A program made the position numbers and the translations under genes. A stretch of DNA of 64,000 nt, taken from assembly GCA_963707985.1 (NCBI GenBank), contig CAVPRW010000040.1, positions 1 through 64,000 of the forward strand, given 5' to 3'. The notes beneath the pieces were generated by a model that saw only the letters and a program-made list of their open reading frames with translations, ran no database searches and had not been told where the DNA came from. Of this stretch, positions 29,905 through 39,579 are shown piece by piece. The stretch's first letter is position 1. The number at the start of each line of letters is the position of its first letter. This DNA is from an uncultured Nitrospinota bacterium (GTDB taxonomy: Bacteria; Tectomicrobia; Entotheonellia; J063; CAVPRW01).

Positions 29905-30453
29905 ATGAAGAATGTCACCTATGCGTGCCTGTTGTTCTGCGGTGTCGTAGTCGCCGTCACTGCGTCTCCGCTCTTCGCGCAAGGCACCGCGTCTAACATG
30001 GCCAAAGAACTCGTAGCGGACTGGGACAGGGAAACTGCCAGCATTCTCGAGATCGCCGAAGCGATGCCCGAGGAACGTTATGATTTCAAGCCGACACCGG
30101 AGATGCCAACGTTCAGCGAGCAGTTGGTCCACACCGCCGCCGTCGTGCAGCGCTACATCGACACCGCGAAAGGCACCAAGAGCGAGGCGGGGCAGCCGCA
30201 CAAGACCATGTCGAAGGCGGAAGCCATTGGTCTCTTGAAGCAAACGTTTCAAGCAGGCAAGGAGATGTTTGTCTCCCTGACCGATGCCCAGCTGCTTGAG
30301 CAAGTGAAGCTTCCTGTCGGGGACCGGATGGTAACCCGCTACAGGTTCTGGATAGGGCCGCTCCAACAGTTTGCCTATCACCACGGACAGCTCGTCATCT
30401 ATCTACGCATGAACGGCATCGTCCCCCCTGCGACCGCCCGGCGGGCCAGGTAA
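29905..30453 (+). CDS. Exported DinB-family protein
   Basis: Signal peptide; AEAMPEERYDFKPTPE..TF.EQLVH and HHGQLVIYLRMNGIVPP. Confidence 0.88.
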   Translation: MKNVTYACLLFCGVVVAVTASPLFAQGTASNMAKELVADWDRETASILEIAEAMPEERYDFKPTPEMPTFSEQLVHTAAVVQRYIDTAKGTKSEAGQPHKTMSKAEAIGLLKQTFQAGKEMFVSLTDAQLLEQVKLPVGDRMVTRYRFWIGPLQQFAYHHGQLVIYLRMNGIVPPATARRAR

Positions 30454-30713
30454 ACTCAGGGCGGACCGCGATCCCTCAATCCCTCCTCGCTCTGGGGGCG
30501 AGAGACAGACTCGGTCTCATCGAGTCACACCGGGCGGGTCGTTTGATTCTTTTGGAAGCAGCTCACTAGGAGGTGCTTCCGATCCCGATTTTGGGAGCGA
30601 GGATTGAGATGAGGGAGATGCAGGGAATTTTTCAGTGTGGCAGGTGATCTCTATCTACAGCAGGATCATCGGCAGTGACATAGGAGCGAACCCACAAGCG
30701 AGGAGGTGGATGC

Positions 30714-31514
30714 ATGCAGAAACACGGCGGCATGATGCTGGTCGGTCTGAGTGCAATCGTCGTATTCATTGGCCTGTCTGGGAGGGTGGCCGCCTATCCT
30801 ACTGGTCCGACACTGTTCGTCACAGACCTGACTCCTACCTGTGCAACCTGCCATTCGATGATCAAAGCTGAGTACACGCCAGAGCGGCCCGCAGACTTCT
30901 CGACAGGCGAGTTGCCCGTCAACAAGCACTATAAAGCCCTCGAATCTGCCGACAAAGGCTACAAGTTGGTCCCCGAGGATAAGCGGAAAGCCATTTTGGA
31001 ACTGGTGAAGTGGGTGGACGAGAACTCCAGCGTAACCCTCAAGGCACCTACCACCGCGAAGCCAGGTCAAACGATCGAGGTGACCGTGGAGACCAAGGGG
31101 GGCATTGGGCCGGTGGTCGGTGTCTTTCTGGTGGACCTGCCTCTACGTTTCCAGGCTCGTCCAATTGCATCCGACGGCTGGTACGTGGTGGGTAAGCCTA
31201 CGGTGATCGGGGCTGATGGCAAAGAGCAAACCTGGTGGCTCGATAAGCGGGCGAATGAAAAGAAAAATCTGAGCTTCGTACTGGTGCAGGAGAAGGCGGA
31301 CATCGAGAAAAAGATCCTTCCAACCGCTAAGGTTACCTGGACCTTGCGGGCGCCGATCGATCTGGGTACGTATACGATCACCGCGGCCTTTCTCCACGGC
31401 ACGGAGGATCCCGACGAGATGAAAAGCGGGAAGTTGGAGGAGCCGCCGGGTGGTCGCTCAGGGCCCTCGGGGCGTATTAGATTCTCTGAGCCGGTGACGG
31501 TGGCGGTGAAGTAG
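30714..31514 (+). CDS. Exported protein with a single c-type heme motif and a beta-sandwich C-terminal domain
   Basis: Signal peptide ending VAA-YPTGP; one CATCH motif; Ig/Reeler-like VTLKAPTTAKPGQTIEVTV...VTWTLRAP..GTYTITA. Confidence 0.65.
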   Translation: MQKHGGMMLVGLSAIVVFIGLSGRVAAYPTGPTLFVTDLTPTCATCHSMIKAEYTPERPADFSTGELPVNKHYKALESADKGYKLVPEDKRKAILELVKWVDENSSVTLKAPTTAKPGQTIEVTVETKGGIGPVVGVFLVDLPLRFQARPIASDGWYVVGKPTVIGADGKEQTWWLDKRANEKKNLSFVLVQEKADIEKKILPTAKVTWTLRAPIDLGTYTITAAFLHGTEDPDEMKSGKLEEPPGGRSGPSGRIRFSEPVTVAVK

Positions 31515-31528
31515 GACCTCCTGCCCTC

Positions 31529-31554
31529 GCCTGCCCCGAAGCGGGTAGGTTTTT
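31529..31554 (+). terminator. Possible intrinsic terminator
   Basis: GCCTGCCC-cgaagc-GGGTAGGT stem followed by TTTT, just after the stop at 31514. Confidence 0.5.
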
Positions 31555-31557
31555 CGT

Positions 31558-31650
31558 CCCCTCTCCCTGTGGGAGAGGGTTAGGGTGAGGGAGAGATGAT
31601 GACCTCGCAGAATTTCCCTCACCCCCGTCCTCTGCCGGTGGTCGAGGAGG
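31558..31650. repeat. BoxC-like repeat plus degenerate inverted copy
   Basis: CCCCTCTCCCTGTGGGAGAGGGTTAGGGTGAGGG (31558-31591), followed by inverted CCCTCACCCCCGTCCTCT...GAGGAGG (31616-31650). Confidence 0.8.
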
Positions 31651-31668
31651 CCAATATCTCACAACAGA

Positions 31669-32244
31669 GTGGGGGCAGGTGTGCGCTGGTTGAAGTGGAC
31701 TGGTGTTCTGCTAGCCTTTGGTTTCGTGAGCTTTGTGGCATCGATGGAAATAACCGATTACCTCGAAGAGGATAATCACTTCTGCATCGCCTGTCATCTG
31801 CATGGGGACATCTTCAACAACTTCATGACCGATACCCCGCGGTTAGTGGCGCTGGCTGGCGCCCACAATCACAAAGGGGAGGTCAAATGCATCGACTGCC
31901 ATATTGGGGCGACTCACACCGACAAGCTTATCGTCAAAGCCATGGCCGGATGGGATACCGTTCAATACTTCATTGGCAATTTCAAAGAGCCCGATCATCT
32001 GCGTTTTCCCCTGGGCGATCGTACTTGCCTCAAGTGTCACACGCATGGCGGGCAGTCGGAGACGCGCGCGGGTGCTTTTCACAACGACCGCAACCACCGC
32101 AACATGCCATTTGAGTGTGTCACCTGTCATCAGTCACATCCGGTCCGTGACCCCTCGGTACTGTTTCTGGATGAGGCGATTGTCCGCCCCGTCTGCCATG
32201 AATGCCATAAGGAGGATAGTGGAGAGGAGAGCGGCGAGGGCTAA
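31669..32244 (+). CDS. Membrane-anchored pentaheme cytochrome c (NapC/NirT-like N-terminus)
   Basis: N-terminal TM helix; five CxxCH motifs: CIACH, CIDCH, CLKCH, CVTCH, CHECH. Confidence 0.88.
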   Translation: MGAGVRWLKWTGVLLAFGFVSFVASMEITDYLEEDNHFCIACHLHGDIFNNFMTDTPRLVALAGAHNHKGEVKCIDCHIGATHTDKLIVKAMAGWDTVQYFIGNFKEPDHLRFPLGDRTCLKCHTHGGQSETRAGAFHNDRNHRNMPFECVTCHQSHPVRDPSVLFLDEAIVRPVCHECHKEDSGEESGEG

Positions 32245-32371
32245 CATGTTGGGAAAAACCGACGCTTGACTTTTCGCAGATGCCTTTGGTAAAGTGGCCA
32301 ACGGTGGGAGGAGCCGAGTCCACCGAGGCTGTTGGAGGAGAGGCGGTCACAGTATAAGGAGGGGACACACG

Positions 32372-32594
32372 ATGAAACTCGTGGCGACGGTACTAGTGGC
32401 CGCCTTTGTGTTAGCAGGAGGTATGTCCATCGCGTTTGCCGACTGTGCCGGGCATAACAAGGCCCAACTGGTGCAGACCGACGATGTCGCAAACGATTGG
32501 CGATCGACAGGCCAATAATAACGAAGCGCGAGCTGCCGGGCCGGAAAAAGTGGTTCAGCAGACGAAGAACGTTAAATCCCTCGAAAAAAAGTAA
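32372..32594 (+). CDS. Small secreted protein (probable frameshift near 32490)
   Basis: AAGGAGG RBS; MKLVATVLVAAFVLAGGMSIAFA-DCAGHNKAQ. The frame stops at 32518, but another frame continues to ...KSLEKK* at 32594. Confidence 0.6.
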
Positions 32595-32625
32595 TCTTTT
32601 GGATCACATTCCGCATTCGAGCCAT

Positions 32626-32663
32626 CGAGAAAGCCCAATTGCGAGAGCAGTTGGGCTTTCTCG
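32626..32663. terminator. 17 bp hairpin with GAGA tetraloop
   Basis: CGAGAAAGCCCAATTGC-GAGA-GCAGTTGGGCTTTCTCG between the small secreted gene and the M16 peptidase. Confidence 0.75.
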
Positions 32664-32676
32664 TTAGGGGTAGCGT

Positions 32677-34020
32677 ATGGAGCGACGTGGGTGTCGCAGA
32701 CTTATCATGTTGCTGATGACCTCTCTCATCATCGGCTGCAGTGTGGGATGGGCGGGAGAAGCATTTCACTTGGACATCAATGAGTTTCGATTGGATAATG
32801 GCCTCCAAGTCCTGATCCTGGAAGATCATGCCGTGCCGCTGGTGACAGTGCAAGCCTGGTACCGCGTCGGCTCGCGCAACGAACGCCCGGGCATCACGGG
32901 CATCTCCCACTTCCTCGAGCACATGATGTTCAAAGGCACGCCAAAATATGGCCCGGGGCTGTATACGCAATTGATCCAGCGCTACGGCGGCACCCAGAAT
33001 GCCTTTACCTCTTATGACATGACGGCTTATTACTCAGTGTTGCCGGCCGCCCGCCTGGAGTTGGCTCTCGACCTTGAGGCCGACCGGATGGCGCATCTGC
33101 TGCTTGATCCGCAGGAAATCAAAGCCGAGCGCGAAGTGGTGAAGGAGGAGCGGCGGTTGCGAGAGAATGCCCCCACGGGACCGATGTACGAAGTTTTGGG
33201 TGCCCTGGCCTACAAGGCTCACCCTTATCACTGGCCAACCATCGGCTGGATGAGCGATATCGAGTCTATCACCCGCGAGGAACTGGAAGCCCACTACAAG
33301 ACCTATTATATTCCGAACAATGCCACGGTGATTATCGTTGGGGATGTCGACACCAGCAACACGATGGCGGCTGTACGTCGCTACTTCGAATCGCTTCCTC
33401 AGGGAGCACCGCCGCCGCCTGTGCGTCCCCCAGAGCCCCCGCAATTGGGTGAGCACCGCGCCGAGATTCCACGGCCGACGGCACTTGCCGCCCTGGCCAT
33501 GGCCTATCATATCCCGGCCTTTGATCATGCCGATGCCTTGCCCCTTGAAGTGTTGGGCCAGATTCTCAGCCAGGGGCAAAGCTCTCGACTGTACCATGAC
33601 TTGGTGTACCAGCGCCAGATAGCCACGTCCATCAGTGCCACCGCTGACTTGCGCGTTGATCCGGGTGTGTTTACCATCGTCTCGATGGTGCAGGCTGGGA
33701 AAACACCGGGGGAGGTTGAGGCAGCAGTTTACGAGCAACTCGAACAGGTGACCGCGGAGTCGATCGCCGACCGCGAGCTAGAAAAGGCGATCAACCAGGC
33801 GGTGAGCGGGTTTGTGTTCCGGCAAGACTCAATCCAGCAGCAGGCGTTCACCATCGGGTCGTTTCACATCCTGCAGTCATATAAGGTCATCAACGAGTAT
33901 ATCGAGCGCTTACGAAGCGTGACCAAACAGGATGTCGCCCGCGTGGCGCGGACCTATCTCACCAAAACCAATCGCACTGTGGTAACTATCGTGCCGATGA
34001 GTCCCCCAAAGGCGGGCTAA
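32677..34020 (+). CDS. M16 family zinc peptidase, catalytic subunit (exported)
   Basis: WYRVGSRNE..G.TG.SHFLEHMMFKGT (HxxEH), NAFTSYD.T.Y and EREVVKEERR. Confidence 0.95.
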   Translation: MERRGCRRLIMLLMTSLIIGCSVGWAGEAFHLDINEFRLDNGLQVLILEDHAVPLVTVQAWYRVGSRNERPGITGISHFLEHMMFKGTPKYGPGLYTQLIQRYGGTQNAFTSYDMTAYYSVLPAARLELALDLEADRMAHLLLDPQEIKAEREVVKEERRLRENAPTGPMYEVLGALAYKAHPYHWPTIGWMSDIESITREELEAHYKTYYIPNNATVIIVGDVDTSNTMAAVRRYFESLPQGAPPPPVRPPEPPQLGEHRAEIPRPTALAALAMAYHIPAFDHADALPLEVLGQILSQGQSSRLYHDLVYQRQIATSISATADLRVDPGVFTIVSMVQAGKTPGEVEAAVYEQLEQVTAESIADRELEKAINQAVSGFVFRQDSIQQQAFTIGSFHILQSYKVINEYIERLRSVTKQDVARVARTYLTKTNRTVVTIVPMSPPKAG

Positions 34021-35492
34021 TGGGGACAGACCAACATGGGGATGGCGACAGACACAGCAGCAGACGCACACGGCGTGTTAGTATGACCATCAGGGCGCGT
34101 CAGCTCGTGGAGTATTGCTTGTTGATGACGGTCTTCCTAGCGTTGAGCGGTGTCGGTGCAGCACTGGCGGCGGATACGATGGTGCTCCATATTCCATCCC
34201 AAACCATGACCTTGCCTAACGGTCTGACTGTGGTGGTGTCCCCCAGAGATAAATTGCCCGTTGCCGCGATCAGCGTCCGTTTCAAGGTCGGCTCAGCCTA
34301 CGATCCAGAGGACAAGGCCGGGCTCGCCGATATGACCGCCCGCCTTCTCGATAAAGGGACGACGACACGCACGGCGACTGCCATTGCCGAGGAACTTGAC
34401 TTCCTGGGGGCCCGCCTCGATGCCAGTACCGGTGGCACAGGAAGCACCGTGTCACTGTCGCTGTTGGCCAAGGATATCGACCGTGGCCTGCATCTGCTCG
34501 TCGACATCCTGCATGATTCCCACTTTGAGACGGCAGAGTTAGAACGTGAGCGTCTCATGATGTTGTCGCAAATTCAACAGCGTCGCGTGAATCCACGCCA
34601 GGTTGTGTCCGAAGTGTTTCGGGAAGAACTGTACGGCGACCATCCATTACACCGCCCGATTTCAGGCTATGCGTCGACGGTGTCGCAAATCACCCGTGAC
34701 GACGTCCTGGCCTTTTATCAACGTTTTTATGTCCCCAATAATGCCACCTTGGTGATGGTCGGCGACTTCTCGGCAGCACGCATGCTGGCGCTGATCGAGC
34801 AGGCGTTTGGGGGGTGGCAGGCGAGACCTTCCGAGCAGGTTAGCCTACCACAACCTGCGCCCACCCGCGGCAAGGTGGTGCGCATTGTGGATATGGATGT
34901 GAACCAGAGCTATGTGCAGTTTGGATATTTGTCGGTGCGCCGGGCCGATCCTGAATTTGCCGATATTCGCGCCATGAATTACATCCTCGGTGGGGGCGGA
35001 TTTGTGTCGCGATTGACACGCTCGATTCGGGAAGAGCAGGGCCTCGCGTATTCGGTCTTCTCGGATTTCGTCGGAGGTAGCCAATTTCCAGGCTTCTTCT
35101 ATGCAGGATTGCAGACGAAAATCGACACCACCTCACAGGCTCTCAAGAGTTTGTTCGCAGTCATCAACGACATGAAGCAGGTGCCCGTGGGCATCGATGA
35201 ATTGACCGACATGAAGCTCTATTACGAAGGTAGCCTGCCCCGTCGTGCGGAGTCATATGGGCAAGTGGCAGGACTTCTCCTCGACCGCGACTTCTTTGGC
35301 CTCCCTGATGGCTATTGGGAGTTGGAGATTCGGCAGGTCCAGCAGTTGACCCCTCAGAAGATCCAACAGCTGGCACAGCGTTATCTGGATACTGACAATT
35401 TCGTCCTGGCGTTGGTCAGTAAGCGCCAGCAATTGGACCTGGCTGATGCACCTGTCCCACCTGAGGCGATCCGCTATGTGCCGGCGCCGTGA
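34020..35492 (+). CDS. M16 family peptidase, non-catalytic partner subunit
   Basis: GLADMTARLLDKGT (HxxEH absent) and NYILGGGGFVSRL...IREEQGLAYSV. The true start may be 34083. Confidence 0.92.
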   Translation: MGTDQHGDGDRHSSRRTRRVSMTIRARQLVEYCLLMTVFLALSGVGAALAADTMVLHIPSQTMTLPNGLTVVVSPRDKLPVAAISVRFKVGSAYDPEDKAGLADMTARLLDKGTTTRTATAIAEELDFLGARLDASTGGTGSTVSLSLLAKDIDRGLHLLVDILHDSHFETAELERERLMMLSQIQQRRVNPRQVVSEVFREELYGDHPLHRPISGYASTVSQITRDDVLAFYQRFYVPNNATLVMVGDFSAARMLALIEQAFGGWQARPSEQVSLPQPAPTRGKVVRIVDMDVNQSYVQFGYLSVRRADPEFADIRAMNYILGGGGFVSRLTRSIREEQGLAYSVFSDFVGGSQFPGFFYAGLQTKIDTTSQALKSLFAVINDMKQVPVGIDELTDMKLYYEGSLPRRAESYGQVAGLLLDRDFFGLPDGYWELEIRQVQQLTPQKIQQLAQRYLDTDNFVLALVSKRQQLDLADAPVPPEAIRYVPAP

Positions 35493-35757
35493 GGCGGCGC
35501 GGCCAGGAATGATGTCATACGGTGTCATACCAAAGTCGTCTATGCTATGATTCAGGATCGAGCGATGCCTGTACCACTCGTCAAGCACGACCGGTGACTT
35601 CGGCCCTCACGATCGTCTGGGCTTGACCAGTGTGTCCCCCTCCGACGTGTCTTGTGACCTATGGATGTCGGCGAGCTGGGTAAGATCTTAGCCGGATAGT
35701 CATGACTGCTGCGGTCGCCATGGATGTTGTGCCTGGGGCTGATGAAGGGGATCAACC

Positions 35758-37332
35758 GTGTGCGGTTGGGCCAGTCAACCGACCAGCGCCCGTGTGATGG
35801 GCGTATTCCTGTTGTTTTTGTTCCTTGCGGTGTCACCTACGTGGGCAGTGCCTGTGCCCAACGGTGGCATTGTCGTCGCGCTGGATGGTGACATCCAGTC
35901 ACTGAATCCATACGGTCACAATCACAAGCTGAACGCCATCATTGATGGGCTCATCCACGATCAGCTCTTCTTCCGCGATCCCAAAACCCTGCGCCCGGTG
36001 CCGAACCTGGCCGAGTCGTTGAAAGCGATCGACGATCTCACGTGGGAAATTAAGCTGCGGCCGCATGTACGATTTCATAATGGCGAGCCACTTGATGCTG
36101 CGGCGGTGAAATTCAGCATCGATTACCTCGCGCAGGCCAACACCACATCCCCGCACCGAAATGCCTTCGCCTGGGTGAAAGATGTCGAAGTCGTCGATGA
36201 CCTCACCTTACGCCTCCATGCCCATCGTGCCGTCGCCTCGTTGCCGGATGTCCTGACCCGCTTACACATCCTGCCGCCGCAGTACTTCACCGAGGTCGGA
36301 GAGGAAAAGTTTGGGGACGCTCCGGTGGGGGCTGGGCCATATCGATTTGTTTCCCGCACACGGGGCGGGCCGCTCATTATGCGGGCCAACGATGAATATT
36401 GGGGGGGGCCTAAGGGACGGCCGTCGATCCGCACCTTGACCTTCCAGACCATCATTGATCCAGCAGAGCGTTTTAGAAAGTTGCTGGCCGGGGAAGTACA
36501 CATCGTGCGCGGGCTCACGATCGAGCAGGCCGCCCTCCTGGAGCAATCCGGTGTGGCGCGAGTTAGTGCCAAACTGACGCCACGTCTGGTGTTTCTGCAG
36601 ATCGATGGGGACGGGCGGGCGAGCAAAACGTCGCTGACGGACCGGCGCGTCCGGCGTGCCATCAGTTACGCCCTACCGGTGGATGACATGATCGCTACCG
36701 TCTGGGAAAAATTCGCCACGCGAGCTCCCGGCGGACTGACGTCGTTATACTTTGGGTATGATCCCAATCTAGCGCCACGCCCCTACGATTTGCAGAAAGC
36801 TCGGAACCTTCTGAGCGAAGCTGGCTACACGGAAGCTTTTGAGATTCCATTAAATTTTTCGACGGCGGTGGTTCCGGGTGCCGAACGTCTGAGTAATCAC
36901 CTCATGGAGAGCCTCGAAAAAGTTGGCATCAAGGTGAAAATGCACCCCTTCGCGGATGCTTCCGAGTTCTATACACAGCTGCGGCAGGGCAAGATGGAGG
37001 GATTGACGCTCCTGGCCTGGGGGAACGGAGCCTCATTCGATGCTGATGCGGTATACTATCCGCTGTTCCACACGGGGCAACCCCATGCTTATAACACCAG
37101 CCCGGAGCTAGACAAACTCCTGGACGACGGCCGCGCCACGATCGATCCTGAGAAACGCAAAGCGATCTATAGCGCCCTTCAGAAATCGATTATGGAACAC
37201 ACCTACTGGGTTCCGCTCTACGGCCAGTATGTGATTGAAGGAGTGAATCGTCAGCTTGACTACGAGGCGAGCAGCGATGAGTTGATGTCCTTGTTTTCCG
37301 CTACCTGGAATGGTAACCGGCAGTCCGACTGA
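35758..37332 (+). CDS. ABC transporter substrate-binding protein, family 5 (orphan)
   Basis: PNLAES, LRPHVRFHNGEPLDAAAVKFS, PVGAGPYRF, DRRVRRAISYA and YDLQKARNLLSEAGY. Confidence 0.92.
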   Translation: MCGWASQPTSARVMGVFLLFLFLAVSPTWAVPVPNGGIVVALDGDIQSLNPYGHNHKLNAIIDGLIHDQLFFRDPKTLRPVPNLAESLKAIDDLTWEIKLRPHVRFHNGEPLDAAAVKFSIDYLAQANTTSPHRNAFAWVKDVEVVDDLTLRLHAHRAVASLPDVLTRLHILPPQYFTEVGEEKFGDAPVGAGPYRFVSRTRGGPLIMRANDEYWGGPKGRPSIRTLTFQTIIDPAERFRKLLAGEVHIVRGLTIEQAALLEQSGVARVSAKLTPRLVFLQIDGDGRASKTSLTDRRVRRAISYALPVDDMIATVWEKFATRAPGGLTSLYFGYDPNLAPRPYDLQKARNLLSEAGYTEAFEIPLNFSTAVVPGAERLSNHLMESLEKVGIKVKMHPFADASEFYTQLRQGKMEGLTLLAWGNGASFDADAVYYPLFHTGQPHAYNTSPELDKLLDDGRATIDPEKRKAIYSALQKSIMEHTYWVPLYGQYVIEGVNRQLDYEASSDELMSLFSATWNGNRQSD

Positions 37333-37448
37333 CCGGGGCGGCGGTGTCGTCTGATCGAGGCCCTTTCGGGGGAACTACCTGTCTCTCAAGGAGGGATCGT
37401 GTCGACAGGTGGTTGGCAAGTCACGCTGGCCTACGATAAAGGGGGATC

Positions 37449-37925
37449 GTGGTGAGTCTTTTAGCAGTAGGTACGCAGGCACCAGAGTTCACGACGACCG
37501 ATCAGGATGGGAAGACACATACGCTCAGCGACTTCAAGGGTAAGAAGGTGATTCTGTATTTTTATCCGAAAGACAACACTTCCGGGTGCACCAAGGAAGC
37601 CTGTGCCTTCCGCGATAACTTCGCCCAGTTTCGCCAACTCAATGTCGAAATCCTCGGCGTCAGCATCGATAGTGAGAAGTCCCACAAATCATTTGTCCAG
37701 AAGCATAATTTGCCCTTCACATTGCTGTCCGATACCGATAAGCGCCTCGTCGAAGCCTATGGAGCCTGGGGCGAAAAAAGTATGTACGGCAGAAAGTATA
37801 TGGGCACCAACCGTGTCACCTACATCATCGATGAGGCAGGAAAAATCGCGGCTGTCTTTCCCAAAGTGAAGCCCGACACACACGCCGATGAAATCCTGGC
37901 CGTGCTCCAAGGGAAGGGGACATAA
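37449..37925 (+). CDS. bcp: Peroxiredoxin Bcp/PrxQ
   Basis: [21 protein letters not shown] active-site motif. Confidence 0.96.
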   Translation: MVSLLAVGTQAPEFTTTDQDGKTHTLSDFKGKKVILYFYPKDNTSGCTKEACAFRDNFAQFRQLNVEILGVSIDSEKSHKSFVQKHNLPFTLLSDTDKRLVEAYGAWGEKSMYGRKYMGTNRVTYIIDEAGKIAAVFPKVKPDTHADEILAVLQGKGT

Positions 37926-37960
37926 GCGCTAGAAGCATGGACTGAGGGCGACGTGTTGAG

Positions 37961-38452
37961 ATGATGCTTCTGTTAGCCGACGTGGTGCTCCTCCTGCATG
38001 TCGGTTACGCCGCTTTTGTGATCGGCGGCCTGCTGGTGGTAGTGCTTGGCGCCTGGCTGGATTGGCGTTGGGTACGGGCGCGCCACTTCCGCATCGCACA
38101 TCTGCTGTGTACGGCCATCGTGGCTGTCGAAGCACTTCTCGGTGTGATGTGCCCGTTGACCTGGTTTGAGCACGCCTTGCTCGCGGCCTCGGGCACAGCT
38201 GGGTATGAACGTTCGTTTGTCGGCCAGCTGCTCTATCGGCTGTTGTACTACGATGCGCCGGTCTGGGCGTTTACCGTGGCATACACTGTCTTCGCTCTGA
38301 CCGTTGTCGCCTGTTATCATTTTCTACCGCCGTCACCCACACTGGCCCGCCAGCGGCCCTATAATGCCTGGCTGCACAGGAGCACTCATGGCACAACCAG
38401 GGCGATTTCTCCAAGGACGGCGTATCGACCCACGCCCGATCAGCGGTGCTGA
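37961..38452 (+). CDS. DUF2784-like membrane protein (3' end possibly extended by a frameshift)
   Basis: [22 protein letters not shown] and [11 protein letters not shown]; the tail overlaps the next gene by 65 bp. Confidence 0.8.
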   Translation: MMLLLADVVLLLHVGYAAFVIGGLLVVVLGAWLDWRWVRARHFRIAHLLCTAIVAVEALLGVMCPLTWFEHALLAASGTAGYERSFVGQLLYRLLYYDAPVWAFTVAYTVFALTVVACYHFLPPSPTLARQRPYNAWLHRSTHGTTRAISPRTAYRPTPDQRC

Positions 38453-39500
38453 TTCCGTGGTGGAGCTCATCGACAACGCTTTCTTGGCCTATAATGCAGC
38501 GCGTCTGCGCGAAGCCTGCCGTCTGTTCACCGAGAAGATGTTGGCGCCCGACGTAACCGTCGGGGTGAGCCTGACCGGGGCGCTTACCCCCGCGGGTCTT
38601 GGGATCTCCGCGCTGATCCCGCTGATCGAACATGGCTTCATCGACTGGATTATCTCTACAGGCGCCAACCTCTATCACGACACACACTTTGCCATCGGGC
38701 TTTCTCTGCATCAGGGCGATCCCTACACCAATGATGTGGTGCTGCGCCAAGAGGGCGTGGTGCGTATCTATGACATCTTTTTCGATTACCATGTTTTATT
38801 GTCCACCGATGCCTTTTTTCGCCAGATCATCGCCAGCCCAGAGTTCCAGCACAGCATGAGCAGTGCCGAGTTCCACTATCTGTGTGGCAAGTACATCCGT
38901 GAACGGGAGCGTGTCCTTGGGGTCGGGAAAAAATCGTTGCTTGGCGCGGCGTATGAGCATGCCGTGCCGATCTACACCTCATCGCCCGGCGACAGTTCCA
39001 TCGGCATGAATATCGCGGCTATGGCGCTACGCGGCAATCAACTCAGCATCGACGTGTCGCGTGATGTGAACGAAACGGCGGCGATTGTGCTGGATGCCAA
39101 GCGGAGCGGCGGCAAATCCGCCGTCTTCATCCTCGGCGGCGGCTCTCCCAAGAATTTTTTGCTACAGACCGAACCGCAGATTCAGGAGGTGCTCGGCATC
39201 GACGAGAAGGGCCATGACTATTTCCTGCAGATTACCGACGCCCGGCCTGATACCGGCGGGCTCTCCGGTGCCACCCCAGGTGAGGCAGTAAGCTGGGGCA
39301 AGATCGATCCCGACCGCCTACCCGATGCTGTCGTGTGTTACGTCGACTCAACCATTGCGCTGCCGTTGATCAGCGCTTATGCGCTGTCTAAGCATCCCAC
39401 ACGTGCTCTGAGGCGCCTGTATGAGCGTCGTGAGGCTCTCATTGCGACGCTAAAAGCTGAGCACGAGCAGGCGCGGCAGCGTACCGAGACAGCATCATGA
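38388..39500 (+). CDS. Deoxyhypusine synthase-family protein (probable homospermidine/polyamine synthesis)
   Basis: [25 protein letters not shown] and [17 protein letters not shown] (catalytic Lys); AGGAG RBS before the ATG at 38388. Confidence 0.92.
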   Translation: MAQPGRFLQGRRIDPRPISGADSVVELIDNAFLAYNAARLREACRLFTEKMLAPDVTVGVSLTGALTPAGLGISALIPLIEHGFIDWIISTGANLYHDTHFAIGLSLHQGDPYTNDVVLRQEGVVRIYDIFFDYHVLLSTDAFFRQIIASPEFQHSMSSAEFHYLCGKYIRERERVLGVGKKSLLGAAYEHAVPIYTSSPGDSSIGMNIAAMALRGNQLSIDVSRDVNETAAIVLDAKRSGGKSAVFILGGGSPKNFLLQTEPQIQEVLGIDEKGHDYFLQITDARPDTGGLSGATPGEAVSWGKIDPDRLPDAVVCYVDSTIALPLISAYALSKHPTRALRRLYERREALIATLKAEHEQARQRTETAS

Positions 39501-39517
39501 CCACGAGTACAGCGCCA

Positions 39518-39551
39518 TAAAAAAGGGCGAGCAGGATGCACCTGCTCGCCC
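39518..39551 (-). terminator. Intrinsic terminator of degP (convergent gene junction)
   Basis: GGGCGAGCAGG-atgca-CCTGCTCGCCC perfect 11 bp stem preceded by A6 (a U-tract on the minus strand). Confidence 0.88.
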
Positions 39552-39579
39552 GCTTGACCGACGACCTCGGCCCTATGGC

